From Lama glama (taxonomy: Eukaryota), in contig CM052818.1 of the NCBI GenBank assembly GCA_028534125.1, positions 13,208,001-13,272,000 on the forward strand: a stretch of 64,000 nucleotides of DNA. The letters are read 5' to 3'. The position numbers and the translations under genes were made by a program. Below, piece by piece: positions 28,646 through 40,250 of the stretch. How positions within the stretch are numbered: position 1 is the first letter of the stretch; every line of letters begins with the position of its first letter. The notes below the pieces were generated by a model. The model saw only the letters and a program-made list of their open reading frames with translations. It was not told where the DNA came from and did no database searches.

Positions 28646-30199
28646 GGTGAGGGACACTGAGGAGCGACGCCGCCGCGGGAGACCCTCGGGAGCCGCACCT
28701 CGGTTCCCCTGCTCTCTCTGTCGCCCCCCACACTCACACACACGCAGCCACACACGCTCACTTTCCTCCCTCTTGCCCAGCTGCAGCCCTCGCTTCTCTC
28801 CCAGCCCGGCTGGAGCGCGCCGGGCTTCGCGGCACCTCCCGGGCTAATGTAGCGCCGCCGCCGCTGCTACCCGTGGGATCCGCGTGCCGGCCGGCTGCGC
28901 TCTTCCTGACGCCTTCGCTGCGCACGCCGCCGCTCCCAGGCTGCCGGGAGAAGCCTAGGATTTGCAGCGCGGAGCCTAGGAGGGGTGGAGGGTGGGGGCA
29001 GGGGGGTAAAGGCTAGATCGGCAGGAGGAGGAGCCTGGAGCCGGGCTGCCTGCTGCCAGCCGCACCTCCCACGCCGGCCGGACGCCGCTGCGGCTCGCCC
29101 GCCTGCGGGGCTCCCGAGGCGCGTTCCCCGCTGTCCCGCCGGGGAAGGCCGGGGGCGCGGCTCCTTCAGCGCCGCGGCGCGGGTTGGGCGGGGAGGGAGA
29201 AGTGTGAGCAGCTGTGAAGCTTCGGCTTTGAGAGGGTCGCGCGCGCCACCGTGTGGCGGGAGTAGCTCTCTCCGCCCCCTGCACGTCAGACTCGTGACCA
29301 GTCAGGAGAAACACCAGCTGAGCAAAATGAGAAATGCCTGGTATTTGGAGAAATTGGGGTTTAGGAGAGATGGGTAAGAAGGCCTGAAGGGTAACCGTCT
29401 GTATTTTGGAGAATGGAAGAAGAAGTTCGGTGGCAAAAACAAGGGGAAGGGCGTTGGGATAGGAACGTTTAAGAAAATCCTAGTACTCTGCAAGGGTGGG
29501 GGAAAGAAGCTTCTGGGGAATACTCCTTAGGGACCACCCGCCCCCAACCCCACCCTCAGTCCTTTGTTTTTTCTAAAATCCACTGCTTTGTGAAGTTTAA
29601 GGGGAAGTTCTGGATCTTTTATATTTTTGTTTGGAAACATCAAAGCCTTAAGGGAAAAATAAAAACCTTCATCTCTTACTTCCTGAGGCCTGGATTTCAA
29701 GGTCGCAGAGTCACCTCCCCTCTGAGCAAAGCATGGCCCCTTAGGCAAGCTGAAATGCCAAGCAAGGAGACCCCTTTTTTCCTCTGTCCCAAGGCAGCTC
29801 TGCATTACTGGCAGGGTTTTTTATAATGGTAATTTCTGGAAGAGGTACTATGTGTCCCTGGGTTCTGTCTTTGGGCTACAAGAGTCCTTTGCCCCATCCC
29901 CAGTTCTACTCTCTTGTGAGGTCTCATGGAATCATCTCTGAGCAGAAAACATGTTTTTTGCCTGAAGAAGTGGATACATTTGGTCCTGGGGATGTTATTT
30001 CGGTGACTACTCTCCTTTCCAGGGTGGAGACAAGTTAGAAAACTGCAGGGATTTACCCCCACAGGGTGCAGATGCATTCATCTCCATCCAGTGGGATGAG
30101 GATTTAAATCAGTCCCTCCACCAGCTGGTCAGTGTGTGTCCTCTGATAAAGCTGCCACTTGTTAAGAGATAATCAGTTTGAGACTTCTAAGACCTGACT

Positions 30200-30530
30200 T
30201 CCTGGAGAGTCTGAAAGGTGGTGTCACCCTCTGACCTAAATGGCCTTGTTCCCCTCGGCTTGACTAAACTTCAGGCAGGTTTTCTTCCTGACCAAAGATC
30301 CCTGACCTCCCTTTTCTTAGAGCATTTATTTTAGAAAACTTTCCATTGTAAACTTTCTCTGCTCCTTTGAGTTGTAAATCATCTCCCAACTTCTCACCAG
30401 TTTTACCATCTAGGAATTCATTCTCAAGAACCTGGGATCCATCTCTTTGAAATGTGATCAAGGAAGAGAACACTGCATCCTCCTTATTTGAGGTAGAAGC
30501 CTAACTTTAATAAGTACCAATTAGCAAACA
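30200..30530 (+). mobile_element. ERV1 LTR fragment (MER34-like)
   Basis: cttagagcatttattttagaaaact...acctgggatccatctctttgaaatgt...agcctaactttaataagtaccaattagcaaaca. Confidence 0.5.
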
Positions 30531-30715
30531 TTTTCTTTATGTTGTCATTAAAGACAGATTCCTTCTCTTTGCTCAGCCATCCTTAGCATGGATGCCTCTT
30601 GGCCACGAGATGGCTGCTGGACCTCCAGCTGCCATCCATCTACATATAAGACAGGAAGAAGACAGAAGCAAATGGCAAAGGGGCACATGCTCCTTTAAAA
30701 AGTTCTCCTGGTAAT

Positions 30716-30839
30716 GTGACAATGAATATATACATGTTCATGTATAATTGAAAAATTGTGCTCTACACTGGAATTTGACACAACATTGTAAAATGATTAT
30801 AAATCAATAAAAAAAAGTTTAAAAATTAATTAATTTTTA
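30716..30839 (+). mobile_element. Severely 5'-truncated young L1 3' end (124 bp) with 19-bp TSD, inside an old MLT1-like LTR
   Basis: aaaaagttctcctggtaat at 30697-30715 and 30840-30858. TTT/AAAAA cut site, AATAAA plus A-tail, and L1 3' motif gtgctctacactggaatttgacacaacattgtaaa. Confidence 0.85.
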
Positions 30840-32120
30840 AAAAAGTTCTCCTGGTAATACCCAATGAATCTCATTTATCTCCTAATAGCCAGGGCTTGTC
30901 ATATGACTACTTCTCAGCTTCAAGGGAAGCTAGGTAATTTTTTCAAGTTAAGCACATTAATGCCACAATTAAATCAAGTTTGTTTTAATAAGAAATAAGA
31001 AAACAAATATTGGTTTCTTATGCAACTAACGGTTTCATATGCAAACCTTAGCATGGACTCTATACAGTAAAAGGAAGTATCTAAAAATCAACCATAAATG
31101 ACTCTAAGTCATTCGTTCCTGATGGTTTTACCTCATTTTGAACTGTTTCATCATGACTCACTATTGCCCCACCCAGATTCTCACAAGGTCTCACCTGACT
31201 GTCCTCACTGGTCTTTCTGACTCCAACATCACCTGCCTCGAATCTGCTTTTCACACAACTGCCCAAGTAAACAATCTAAAAAAGTCAAGTCCAGCTGCTT
31301 CATCCCTAAGGTAGATCGAATCATTGCTCATAATTCTTCACAACCTCCCTGTATAATTCATACTGTCTCTGCAATGTGACTTTGCGGTAGCTCCCACTGA
31401 GGGGTGGAGGTCCATCTCCCCTCTCGATAATACTGTGCTCGCTCAGATCTGCGTGCAGCAGGAATGCACTAGACAGCAGATAAAGCTCCCCTGCCTAAAT
31501 TCCTTCAGTGGCACCTCGGTATCTCTCCACAGAGCAAAGACGCATTCCTTAGCAGAGCACGGAGGATGGGCACAGTTGGCCCTTGCCTACTTCGCCAGCC
31601 TTGCCTCATATTTCATACTTTTCATATTTTATGAACTGCCCGTAGCTCCCTGTGGGTGCTCCCCATACTTCTGTGCTCCATGGGTGCTATCCGCTCATGC
31701 ACGGAGTGCCTTCCCTGCCTTTTTCTCCTGGACAACTTGCTCTGGATCCTTCCACGGGCACCATCACCTCCAGGTCCCCAGCATCAGCCCATACGTCTCC
31801 AGTGGAGGCAGGGGTATCCCTCTCCACTCCCATAATCTCCAGTGCTTACCCCTCACTTAGCACTTAAAACAGAATTTTGAACTACAGAAAATTATAGGTA
31901 GAGGCTCAGACTAACTCAGCTGAATTGTAACAGAAAGTTTCGCTCCAGCCAGTGAAACTCTTTTCTGTTTTCTCCAAGCCCTTCAGACTCCCATCACGCC
32001 CTACAGAACTCCTTGATACAATGAGAGGTGCTATTGAGGACAGCACTGAGTATAGCCCACAATGCCTCATTATGATGCTGCACCCCACCCCTTGCTGTTT
32101 CATTGCAACTCATTAGTTTT

Positions 32121-32806
32121 TTTTAAGTTATTAAAATCAACATTGTTTAATGAAAATATCATTTCTTTTTGCATGAACATGTATTAACTACAAGAAATGT
32201 TCCATGCTTTGTTCTATGATTTACTGTTAGAGTCTTAAAGAATAATATTTTCCTCAAAAGATATTATGGCGAAGGGATTTCTTTTGGTGGAACAGTTCGT
32301 ACATCAAATCTGGTGCATAGCTAAGGCCACTGGGAACCTTAACAAGCTCTCTTCTGAGGGGGGCTCTCTTCTGTCTCTTCGTCTTTCTGTCTGCCTCCAT
32401 TTCTCTCTCTCAGACACAAACACGTAAAATTTTGTGAAAGGGGACTTCCTGCAATACAAAGACAGACTTCACATTTTCAGAAAGACACTTGACAAAGCAC
32501 GTTTCTCAATTCAAGTCTGTGTGAGGTCTGGGCAACTGCCTTATTTTCTAGAACAATCGGTGGTTCCAAAATCAGGAGATCATCTTCCCCAGAGGAAGAG
32601 TTCTGGTCCGTGTTGATGAAGTTGGGGATGTTACATTTCATGAGCCTGTTCAGCTCCTCCTCTGGCCACCTGATGCATCTGATGGCGTCCTGGAGCCGAA
32701 TATCACTGTCAAGGGCAATGGTTGAGATACCAGCTTTGGCCTTGTCCAAGTGGTCCACTTCATTCACGTAGCAGTGAAAGAGGGACCTAGATTCGTCATT
32801 GCCCTG
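32121..32806 (-). pseudogene. MRAP2: 5'-truncated processed retrocopy of MRAP2 (melanocortin-2 receptor accessory protein 2): C-terminal cytoplasmic tail plus 3' UTR
   Basis: Translation QGNDESRSLFHCYVNEVDHLDKAK...PEEELNRLMKCNIPNFINTDQNSSSGEDDLLILEPPIVLENKAVAQTSH matches the MRAP2 C-terminus as I recall it. ATTAAA at 32151-32146 and A8 run at 32124-32117. 12-bp TSD ctcattagtttt at 32109-32120 and 32807-32818. Confidence 0.9.
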
Positions 32807-34199
32807 CTCATTAGTTTTAATCTTACAAAGACTGTGAGTTATGCAGTTGGGGTGTATTTCTTTTTGCACTGGTTGCTGGGAAGTCAGATTTAAACTTGTG
32901 GCTCACATTCAGCTACTTAGACAAGACTTAAGGAATATAATTTGTTGATTAATTCTGACTTCCATCATTATTTTACTTTCAAATTTCCTTCTCCAAATTT
33001 CCAGATTTCTTTTTTGCTTTGTTCAGTATGGGTCTTTGTAAGTTACCAGATACATACACGTACATACACATGTATGTGTGAGTGTATGTACACATACACT
33101 CAGCAGTAAAGAGAAGAAAGAAGAAAGGGACGAAAAGGAGGTCTTGTCTTCAGTCATAGAACCTCCATCTTTTCTCTCTCATTGACGTCTTCTCCTGCTT
33201 TTAGTCCCTAAACTCCATAAATACAAGGCCCACTTCCTGCCTAGAGTCAGCACTCAATAAAGAAAAGAGGGAAGGAGGGAGGGAATAGGCTTGCTAGAGG
33301 CTTTTGTTCAGATTTTTTTATACCTCTGGTTTGGAATGCCTCTTCCTTTTGAAAATATTAATTACTGTTTGGTATATGCTATTTTGGAATTCAAAGGAGT
33401 GCTTTGCAGTTTAGAAAATTTTTCAAACATTTTCAGAATTGTTTAAATGCAGGATAATATGGTGCTTTAATGAGTTAGTCTCAAATTGCTGCAAAATGTA
33501 CTCAGGTGACAGGTTATTCACTGATGATGCCAGAGTAAGTACTTGCACTGCATGAACAAGGCTGAGGTTTATCTGTGTGTTGTGTCAAGTAACACGAGCA
33601 GCTACTGAAACCTCCTATCTTACTCCACCAAGACTTCAATACTCAATGGAAGTGCATTGATTTTAGCTTTGTTGTCTAATTCTGAGTCCAGATCCAGGGA
33701 AAACAGTCATTGAGTGGAGCCGAGAAGTGGCTGGGAATTCCGGCCCTGGTGAGGAACCTCTGGTGGTGGTGGATGTCACTGATGGATGCCTCCAAAACAC
33801 ACCTCCCCTGGGAAGCACTGTGGAAGTGCTTTGCCTTGATCCAGCCCCACAAACAGAACATTTAGGAGTTTATTGGATTTTAGTCTGCCAGCTACTATGG
33901 CAGAAACTGCCAGAAGCACCCAAGGAAGAGAGGTCCAGCCGTCTGACCCTCAGTGTTGAGATCCCTGGTGTCTTCTGGCTCATGGGAAGTGCTGCTCTGC
34001 CCCTCTCCTCCCACAAACACCCACAGACTCACAGCTGCACTCCCTGGGTGGGGGAAGGCAAGCATCTCAGGGGAAAAAGGGAAAGCAGGAGCCCATATTT
34101 TCTGTTGTTTGTAAGAAAATGGGCATACCCGGTTGTGACAATGCCTGGACCTCTAACACTGTTTCCTCTCCCAATCCTCCTCCAGGTCTCTGCACCACA

Positions 34200-34370
34200 G
34201 ATTCTCAGCCTTGGCTGCGTATTGGCATGACCTGGGGCGATTAAAACATGCTGATGCCTGACCTCTCCCTAGAGATTTCTGACTTAATAAGTCTGGGGTG
34301 CAGCATGCACATTGGGGTTTTTAAAAATTCCCCACGTGATTCTGCTGTGAGTCTGAGAATTACTGTTGTA
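34200..34370. mobile_element. MER5A-like MITE
   Basis: ttctcagccttggctgcgtattgg...ctagagatttctgacttaat..gtctggggtg...gtctgagaattactg. Confidence 0.6.
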
Positions 34371-34379
34371 GATAATGCA

Positions 34380-34686
34380 GAACACTGTCCAATAGCAACA
34401 TAGTACAGACCGTAAATGCAATTTTAAATTTTCTAGCAGTTGCTTTTAAAAGTAAAAAGAAACAGGTAATACTAATTTTAATAGAGTTCATTTAACTTAA
34501 TATATCCAAAATGTTATTTCAACATGTAGTCAACATAAAAATTAATGAGATACTTTGCAGTTTTGTAGTAAGTGTTCAAAATCTAGCACAAATTTTATAC
34601 TCAGCACATCTCAATTTGGACAAGCCACATTTCAAGTGCTCAGTAGCCATGTGTGTCTAGTGGCATCCAAATTGGACAGCACAGCT
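34380..34686. mobile_element. MER33-like hAT-Charlie element
   Basis: Inverted termini ctgtccaat / attggacag and gccacatttcaagtgctcagtagccatgtgtg motif. Confidence 0.7.
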
Positions 34687-34733
34687 GGAGAACATTTGGC
34701 TGGGGGAGGCTGTGGAAGAATGAGGGTGGTACC

Positions 34734-35180
34734 TGCAGTGGGCTGAATAATGGTGCCTCGAAAGATAGCCTCGTGCTGTGGAACCTGTGGCTGTTACCTT
34801 AGATGGCAGTAAAGGACTTGCAGGCTCTTGAGCTAGGGCCGTCACCCTAGCTTATCCCAGAGGGCCCCACATGCCTCACATGCATGCTTATAGGAAGGAG
34901 GCAGAGGGAGATTTCACAGACAGAAGAGGAGAGGGCAGTGTAACCACAGTGGCCGGGATAGGGATGAAGAGGCCACCAGTAAATCAGTGCTGGCAGCCAC
35001 TAGAAACTGGGAGAGTCAAGGAACAGATTTCTCCCTAGAGCCTCTAGAGGAAACACAGCCTTCCCAGCACTTTGATTTCAGCCCTGCAAGACTCATTTCA
35101 GATTCCTGGACTCCTGTGAGAAAATAAATTTCTGTTTTTTTAAGCCATTAAGTTTGTGGCCACAATAGGAAACTAATACA
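34734..35180 (+). mobile_element. ERVL-MaLR solo LTR (MLT1C/D-like)
   Basis: TG...CA termini, near-perfect 5-bp TSD gtacc/gcacc, and aataaatttctgttttttaagcca..aagtttgtgg...ggaaactaataca. Confidence 0.8.
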
Positions 35181-36924
35181 GCACCATTTAAAACAAAGCA
35201 CTTCCTTTTTTCTCTATATTGTTGTAGTTATCACTGTCTGTCTTCTTTTGTGGCTAGCTGGATACTAACTGATTTTTTTTCTTTTTGAGGCAGGGACATG
35301 TCTCTTCATTGATGAACCCTCCACCACACCTGGCAAGTCAAGTATTCATTGTAGGAGCATCAGCAAAGGTTGTTCAGATGCATCTGAAGCTCCATCTCCA
35401 GGGTGCCCACATTGTGGTATGCCCTCAGGAAAAGCAAGAAAGGAAGGCCACCTCCAGAAGAGATCTTTATCTGGGGTTATCTGGGGAAGTGACAGATCAC
35501 AAACATCTGGACATCCATTGTTAACACCTGCCTCCCTGGTCCTTTAAAGTGTCTTTGAGAGCAATAACACCAGGAGCAGAGAAAAGGAGGAAAGTGCTAA
35601 ACACTGAAACTGCCTAACAGGTCTGACCTGTGAGGCGAACTCCAGCAGAGCTGGCCCACCCCTGCCTGTCCCAGGGCAGCCCCACCCCTATACGATCCAG
35701 AAGTTGTCAGTCCCTTTGCTCAGCTGCCTGAAATAGACGTAGTTAAGAGTCTCACAAGTAAAAATGCCTCTTCACACATTTGCTCAGTAAGATTGCTTTT
35801 CTCCTAATGTAGAAGTCGGCTGCCCTGAGGGAGTGCAGGTTTGATTAGGAAGTCTGATCTTAGGCAGACGGACAGTCTCCTGGCAGCATCAATATTACCT
35901 GGGATGTTGGCTCATAATGCCCCCATGTAATTAAAAATGATAAATGACAGAGCAGAAGCTGAGCTACACTCACTGCCTTTCAGAAGAGAACTTTCCAAAG
36001 GGTCGTGTCACACTGTCCTGGAGGAGAACTATCATGGACGAGGCGCACAATCTTATTGAATCAACTATGGGACAGGTGTTTTTATCCCATTTTACAGATG
36101 AGGAGTCTGAGGCTCAGGCCAGACTTAACAGTTAACATAGAGTGCTCACCAGAAGAAACAGGAGGAGGGTGAGGACTCTGCAGGTGAGCCTCAGGCCCCC
36201 AACCTTCCATGCGGCCTTCAAGGAGGGGCAGAGGGGTCTTCAGTGATGTATTCAGTGAGACCTGGGTTTTTGGAGATAGCCGTAGAGCAAGCAAAGAATG
36301 AGAACCGGCTCTGAAGGTGACAGAAAGGTAAGTCAGGTAAAGATGATTCTGAAGAGACTGAGATCTGTTTCTACCATTTTCTCTTAAACATTCTTGATGG
36401 AGAACTTTAGCCAACCATCCTAGGATGACGTGTGAATAGGAAGAGCAGGAAACTTTAGACCATGGTTTAGGAATCTGTTATTAACGCTCCTAAATAGACT
36501 GTGTCATTCCTCAGAGGGGGTCCTTCCAGAGCTGAAAGTGTGGCTGACTGTGTTGCTCTAATCTGCATGGGATGCCCCAGAGGGAAGGTTATAGAAAAGT
36601 GCAAGAAATCATGAAACCAATTTAGGTAGCAGCTGAAAATAAAACAAAAACAAAAACAAAACATTGGTTCTCTGGTTCATTGACTTTCATATTCTCCCTG
36701 GGGCACAAAATCTCTCAACTGTATCATCATATCTCTGCCAGTGTTTCGCCTCCTGCTGTGGATGTGCACAACAGTATTTCTTATTCTGAGGGCAGTATGT
36801 CAGGTACTGCAGACATGACCTCACGTCTCCTCTCTCTTGCAGCGATCTGTATGACGCCACAGGGCCCTGAGTATGTGCTGTTCGAGGGCTTTTTTAGAAA
36901 ATTGCTGAACAGAACAGTCCTGAG

Positions 36925-36957
36925 ATGTGTGTGTGCGTGTGCGTGTGCGTGTGCGCA
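36925..36957 (+). repeat. Alternating purine-pyrimidine (TG)/(TGCGTG)n tract
   Basis: tgtgtgtgtgcgtgtgcgtgtgcgtgtgcgca. Confidence 0.85.
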
Positions 36958-37804
36958 AGCATTTGTGTATGTATGGATCGTGGCTTTACAGCAATTAGAA
37001 GAGAATTTGGACAGTAAGAGTAGAAAACTAGATTAAAATATATCAATACAGACCAAATAAATGTGGCCATTTTCTCAAAAAAAAAAAAAACCCTTAAAAT
37101 CTGCAACAGACAGCATCTCCTGTTTATTCTTTAAGGAAACTATGCTCCTAATTATCGTATTCTACTTTTTCTAAGAAATGAAGTGCTTAGAAAGAGCACA
37201 CTAATTTCTGAGTGTTCTGTCCAGCCTGTGAAGAGGCTGGAAAGAGCCTAGGAGACCGGACAGCAACTCACCTAGAGAAAAAGCCTGACCCCTAACCACC
37301 ACCTCGCCACGGGGACATCCAAGTGGCCCTTGCAGCTCTGTTACTGCACCTTTAAAATGAGAATGATAATTAGCATCGGTCATACTTCTCTGTATTAAAG
37401 CAGTGAAAGGAACACGTTTTGAAAGGTTCACACTGCCACACCAAAATGCAGCTTGAATATTTTGTACGGATATCACTCATCCCTCTACTGCTGTGTCTCC
37501 CACCAGCAGAGGTGTTCCCAGGGTGCATCACTAATGCAGCAGGGGAAGCACAGCCCTTAATTGTTTCTATCCCTCTGGAGTTGTAAGAATCATCCAGATT
37601 ATAAACTCAGGCTGAGACCAGGGGCTTTAAGCCACAGCCAAACTCTAAGCTGTGTGGCAGTGGAGAGGGACATAACTTTTCAAATTGTACCTCTTCCTAC
37701 CTCTCCACACCCACTGCCAGAACCTCGGTTAGTCCATATGGAAACTTTGTATGAATTAGGAAAAGGCACCCCCTCCTGGAGTTGTGTCTGAAGTACTAAA
37801 GCAT

Positions 37805-37831
37805 TATTAGCATCTCTCTCTTGCTCTCTCC

Positions 37832-37916
<85 letters not shown>

Positions 37917-38302
37917 GTGTGTGTGTGTGTGTGTATGTGTAAAATAAGGAAGTTATAGATAGAGACAGAGAAGTCCCAAGATCTGCAGTCAGCAAACTGG
38001 AGACTGAGAAGAGCTGATGGTATAATTCCAGTCTAAGTCAAGTATGAAGGCAGAAGACCAATGTCCCAGCTCAAAAGCAGAGAGCAAATTCTCCCTTACT
38101 CCAACTTTTTGTTCTATTCAGCCTTCAGTGGATTGGATGAGGGCCACCCACACGGGGAGAGCAATCTGCTTTACTCAGGCTACCTATTCAAATGCTAATC
38201 TCATCCAGAGGCACCCTCACAGACACAGGTAGAATCATGTGTGGCCAAATATCTGGGCACACTGTGGCCCAGTCAGGTTGACACATAAAATTCACCATCA
38301 CC
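37805..38302 (-). mobile_element. ERVL LTR (MLT2-type) hosting the compound microsatellite
   Basis: gagaagtcccaagatctgcagtcagcaaactggagac...ggattggatgagggccacccaca...ttgacacataaaattcaccatcac. Confidence 0.75.
37813..37940 (+). repeat. Compound microsatellite (CT)n(AT)n(GT)n
   Basis: Read directly. Confidence 0.95.
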
Positions 38303-39739
38303 AGTAAGGTGCATGGTGGACCACAGGCTGCACCCCAGCCCCCATCTGCCCATCAGCGGGGCACACGGTGTAGAACACAATCTACCCTTGCACATGAAGT
38401 GACCCTGCCCACCATGTTAAGTACTGCCTTTAGAAATGGCCCCCTCTTCTCCAAATCCAGAGACCTTGTAGCCCTGCCTTTGTGGCTATCTCAATCCCAC
38501 CGTGCTTTCTAGGCTGATCATGGTTTGGACTCCATGTAATACCCAGCAAAAGGTATTTCATCTTAGGAGTTGTTCCAATGAAGCCTCCTTATAATTTTTC
38601 ACCTGGAGCCACCCAGACAAGCATCTGAGTTCTGTAACTTACCTAGGTCAAGGCTACAATGTTGAATCCTTCCTTTCAGTAACAGAAGCACAACCTTCCC
38701 CTCCACTGGCAGCTCTGTGCTACATAGTCAATTTCCCCCCAAGCAAGGAATCAGAGAACAGAGAAAATCATAAAAGAAAACAACAGGAAGAGGACAAAAA
38801 AACAAAATGATTTCACAGATTAAGGGGTCACATAAATGAACAGGAAGATAAACAGAAATAACAACTGGCAAAGCATTCAGTGAGTACTGAGTCCCAGAAA
38901 TGTCACTTGTTCAGAACTGCAGCGCACGGAATGAAACACTGTTTACCCGCCACAGACAGGGCGCTGTCAAGTTCAGCATGTGTGCAACAGTTAGGAGAGG
39001 AAAGTGGGACGCCTGGAGAACGGTAGCCTTGGGCTGGCATGGGAAAACATGCAAAGCCTACCTTCGTCATGTCTCTAAAAAGTGGGAGGGTGATGTGTAA
39101 CATTTCACCATATAAGGTTCACACAGGCAATATCTGTTTCATGAAGCAAAGGGTTGAAATGAATGGCAGTTCCAAGTGAGTGGGAAAAAAAAAAAGGTTT
39201 AGATGTTGTTGGCAAAGAAATATAAACAATGCAACCAGGGAAAACGGGAATATAGTTCTTGCAGTGGTAACAGGCTTAGAAACCAAACCTGACTCTGGTG
39301 CGGAAATGTACTTTTTTTATGCTGGAAGAATAAGCATACACTGGTTTGCCTGGAAGTATAGTATACTCTCAGTATTCATCCCTAAGGTCTGCAAACCTGG
39401 AAAGGAATCTCAGACCCAAGAAGGCAGAAGCTTTGCAAAAGGGGACCTCAGGTGATTTTTCACACTCACAGTATGAAATTCTGGCCTTTTGCCTGCCAAA
39501 TGGTTGGCTCTCATGTGGAGATGTATTTGCTGCTAGATCAACAGCTAGTCTTGTAAAAACTCAAGCATAATCATAGTGACTGGTAAATGTAGTTCGAGGC
39601 CAGCCTGCCCACCAGAAATCAAGGACTGGGCTCCCAATGCCCTTCATAACTGAGTCTCCATTTAGACAACCTGGACCTCAACCTCCTAGGGAAGAAATGC
39701 CATTACCCTTGACGTTCTCCCCCGTCCATCTCCCTGCCA

Positions 39740-40250
39740 GCTCAGCCTGGGGTACTCTCCCTCCATGGACACATGCACATCCAGTGGGTATCTCAGTCTA
39801 ACCCATCCAGACCTGAACTCCTGATAAGTCTCCCAAACTTGCTCTCCCTGCAGCCTTCCCCATCTCAGCAAATGATAACTCTATTCTCCCAGTTATGCAG
39901 ACCAAAACCAGGGAGTCATCCTTGACTTTCTCTCTCATGCCCTCATCTAATCATCTGTAATTCTCTTGCCTCTGCTTTCAAACAATATCCAGAATTTGAC
40001 TGCTTCACACTACTTCTGCTGTTATCAGCCTAGTCCAAGCCACCACCATGCCTTGCCTGAATTATGCTGTAGCCTCCTAATTGCACACCCTGCCTCTCCC
40101 TTTGTTGCCCTTGGTCTGTCTGTTCTAAGCATAGGTTAATGTAAGTCATATCATGTCACTGCAATATGCAAAGCTCTCCAATGCCCCTCCATGAAACCCG
40201 AAGTCCTTAAAATGACCTAGAAAGCCTTGCACATCTGTTCTCCCCTTACA
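39740..40250 (+). mobile_element. L2 LINE fragment
   Basis: ccttccccatctcagcaaatg...gagtcatccttgactttctctct...tccaagccaccacca...gcctcctaatt. Confidence 0.65.

Noticed and set aside
28638..28660. Possible REST/RE1 site (gtccatggtg core), and similar half sites at 27662, 27886 and 29165
   Set aside because: Only partial matches to the TTCAGCACCNNGGACAG consensus, with flanking halves missing
33727..34230. 167-aa plus-strand ORF
   Set aside because: GTG start, ends in a MER5-like repeat, no recognisable homology
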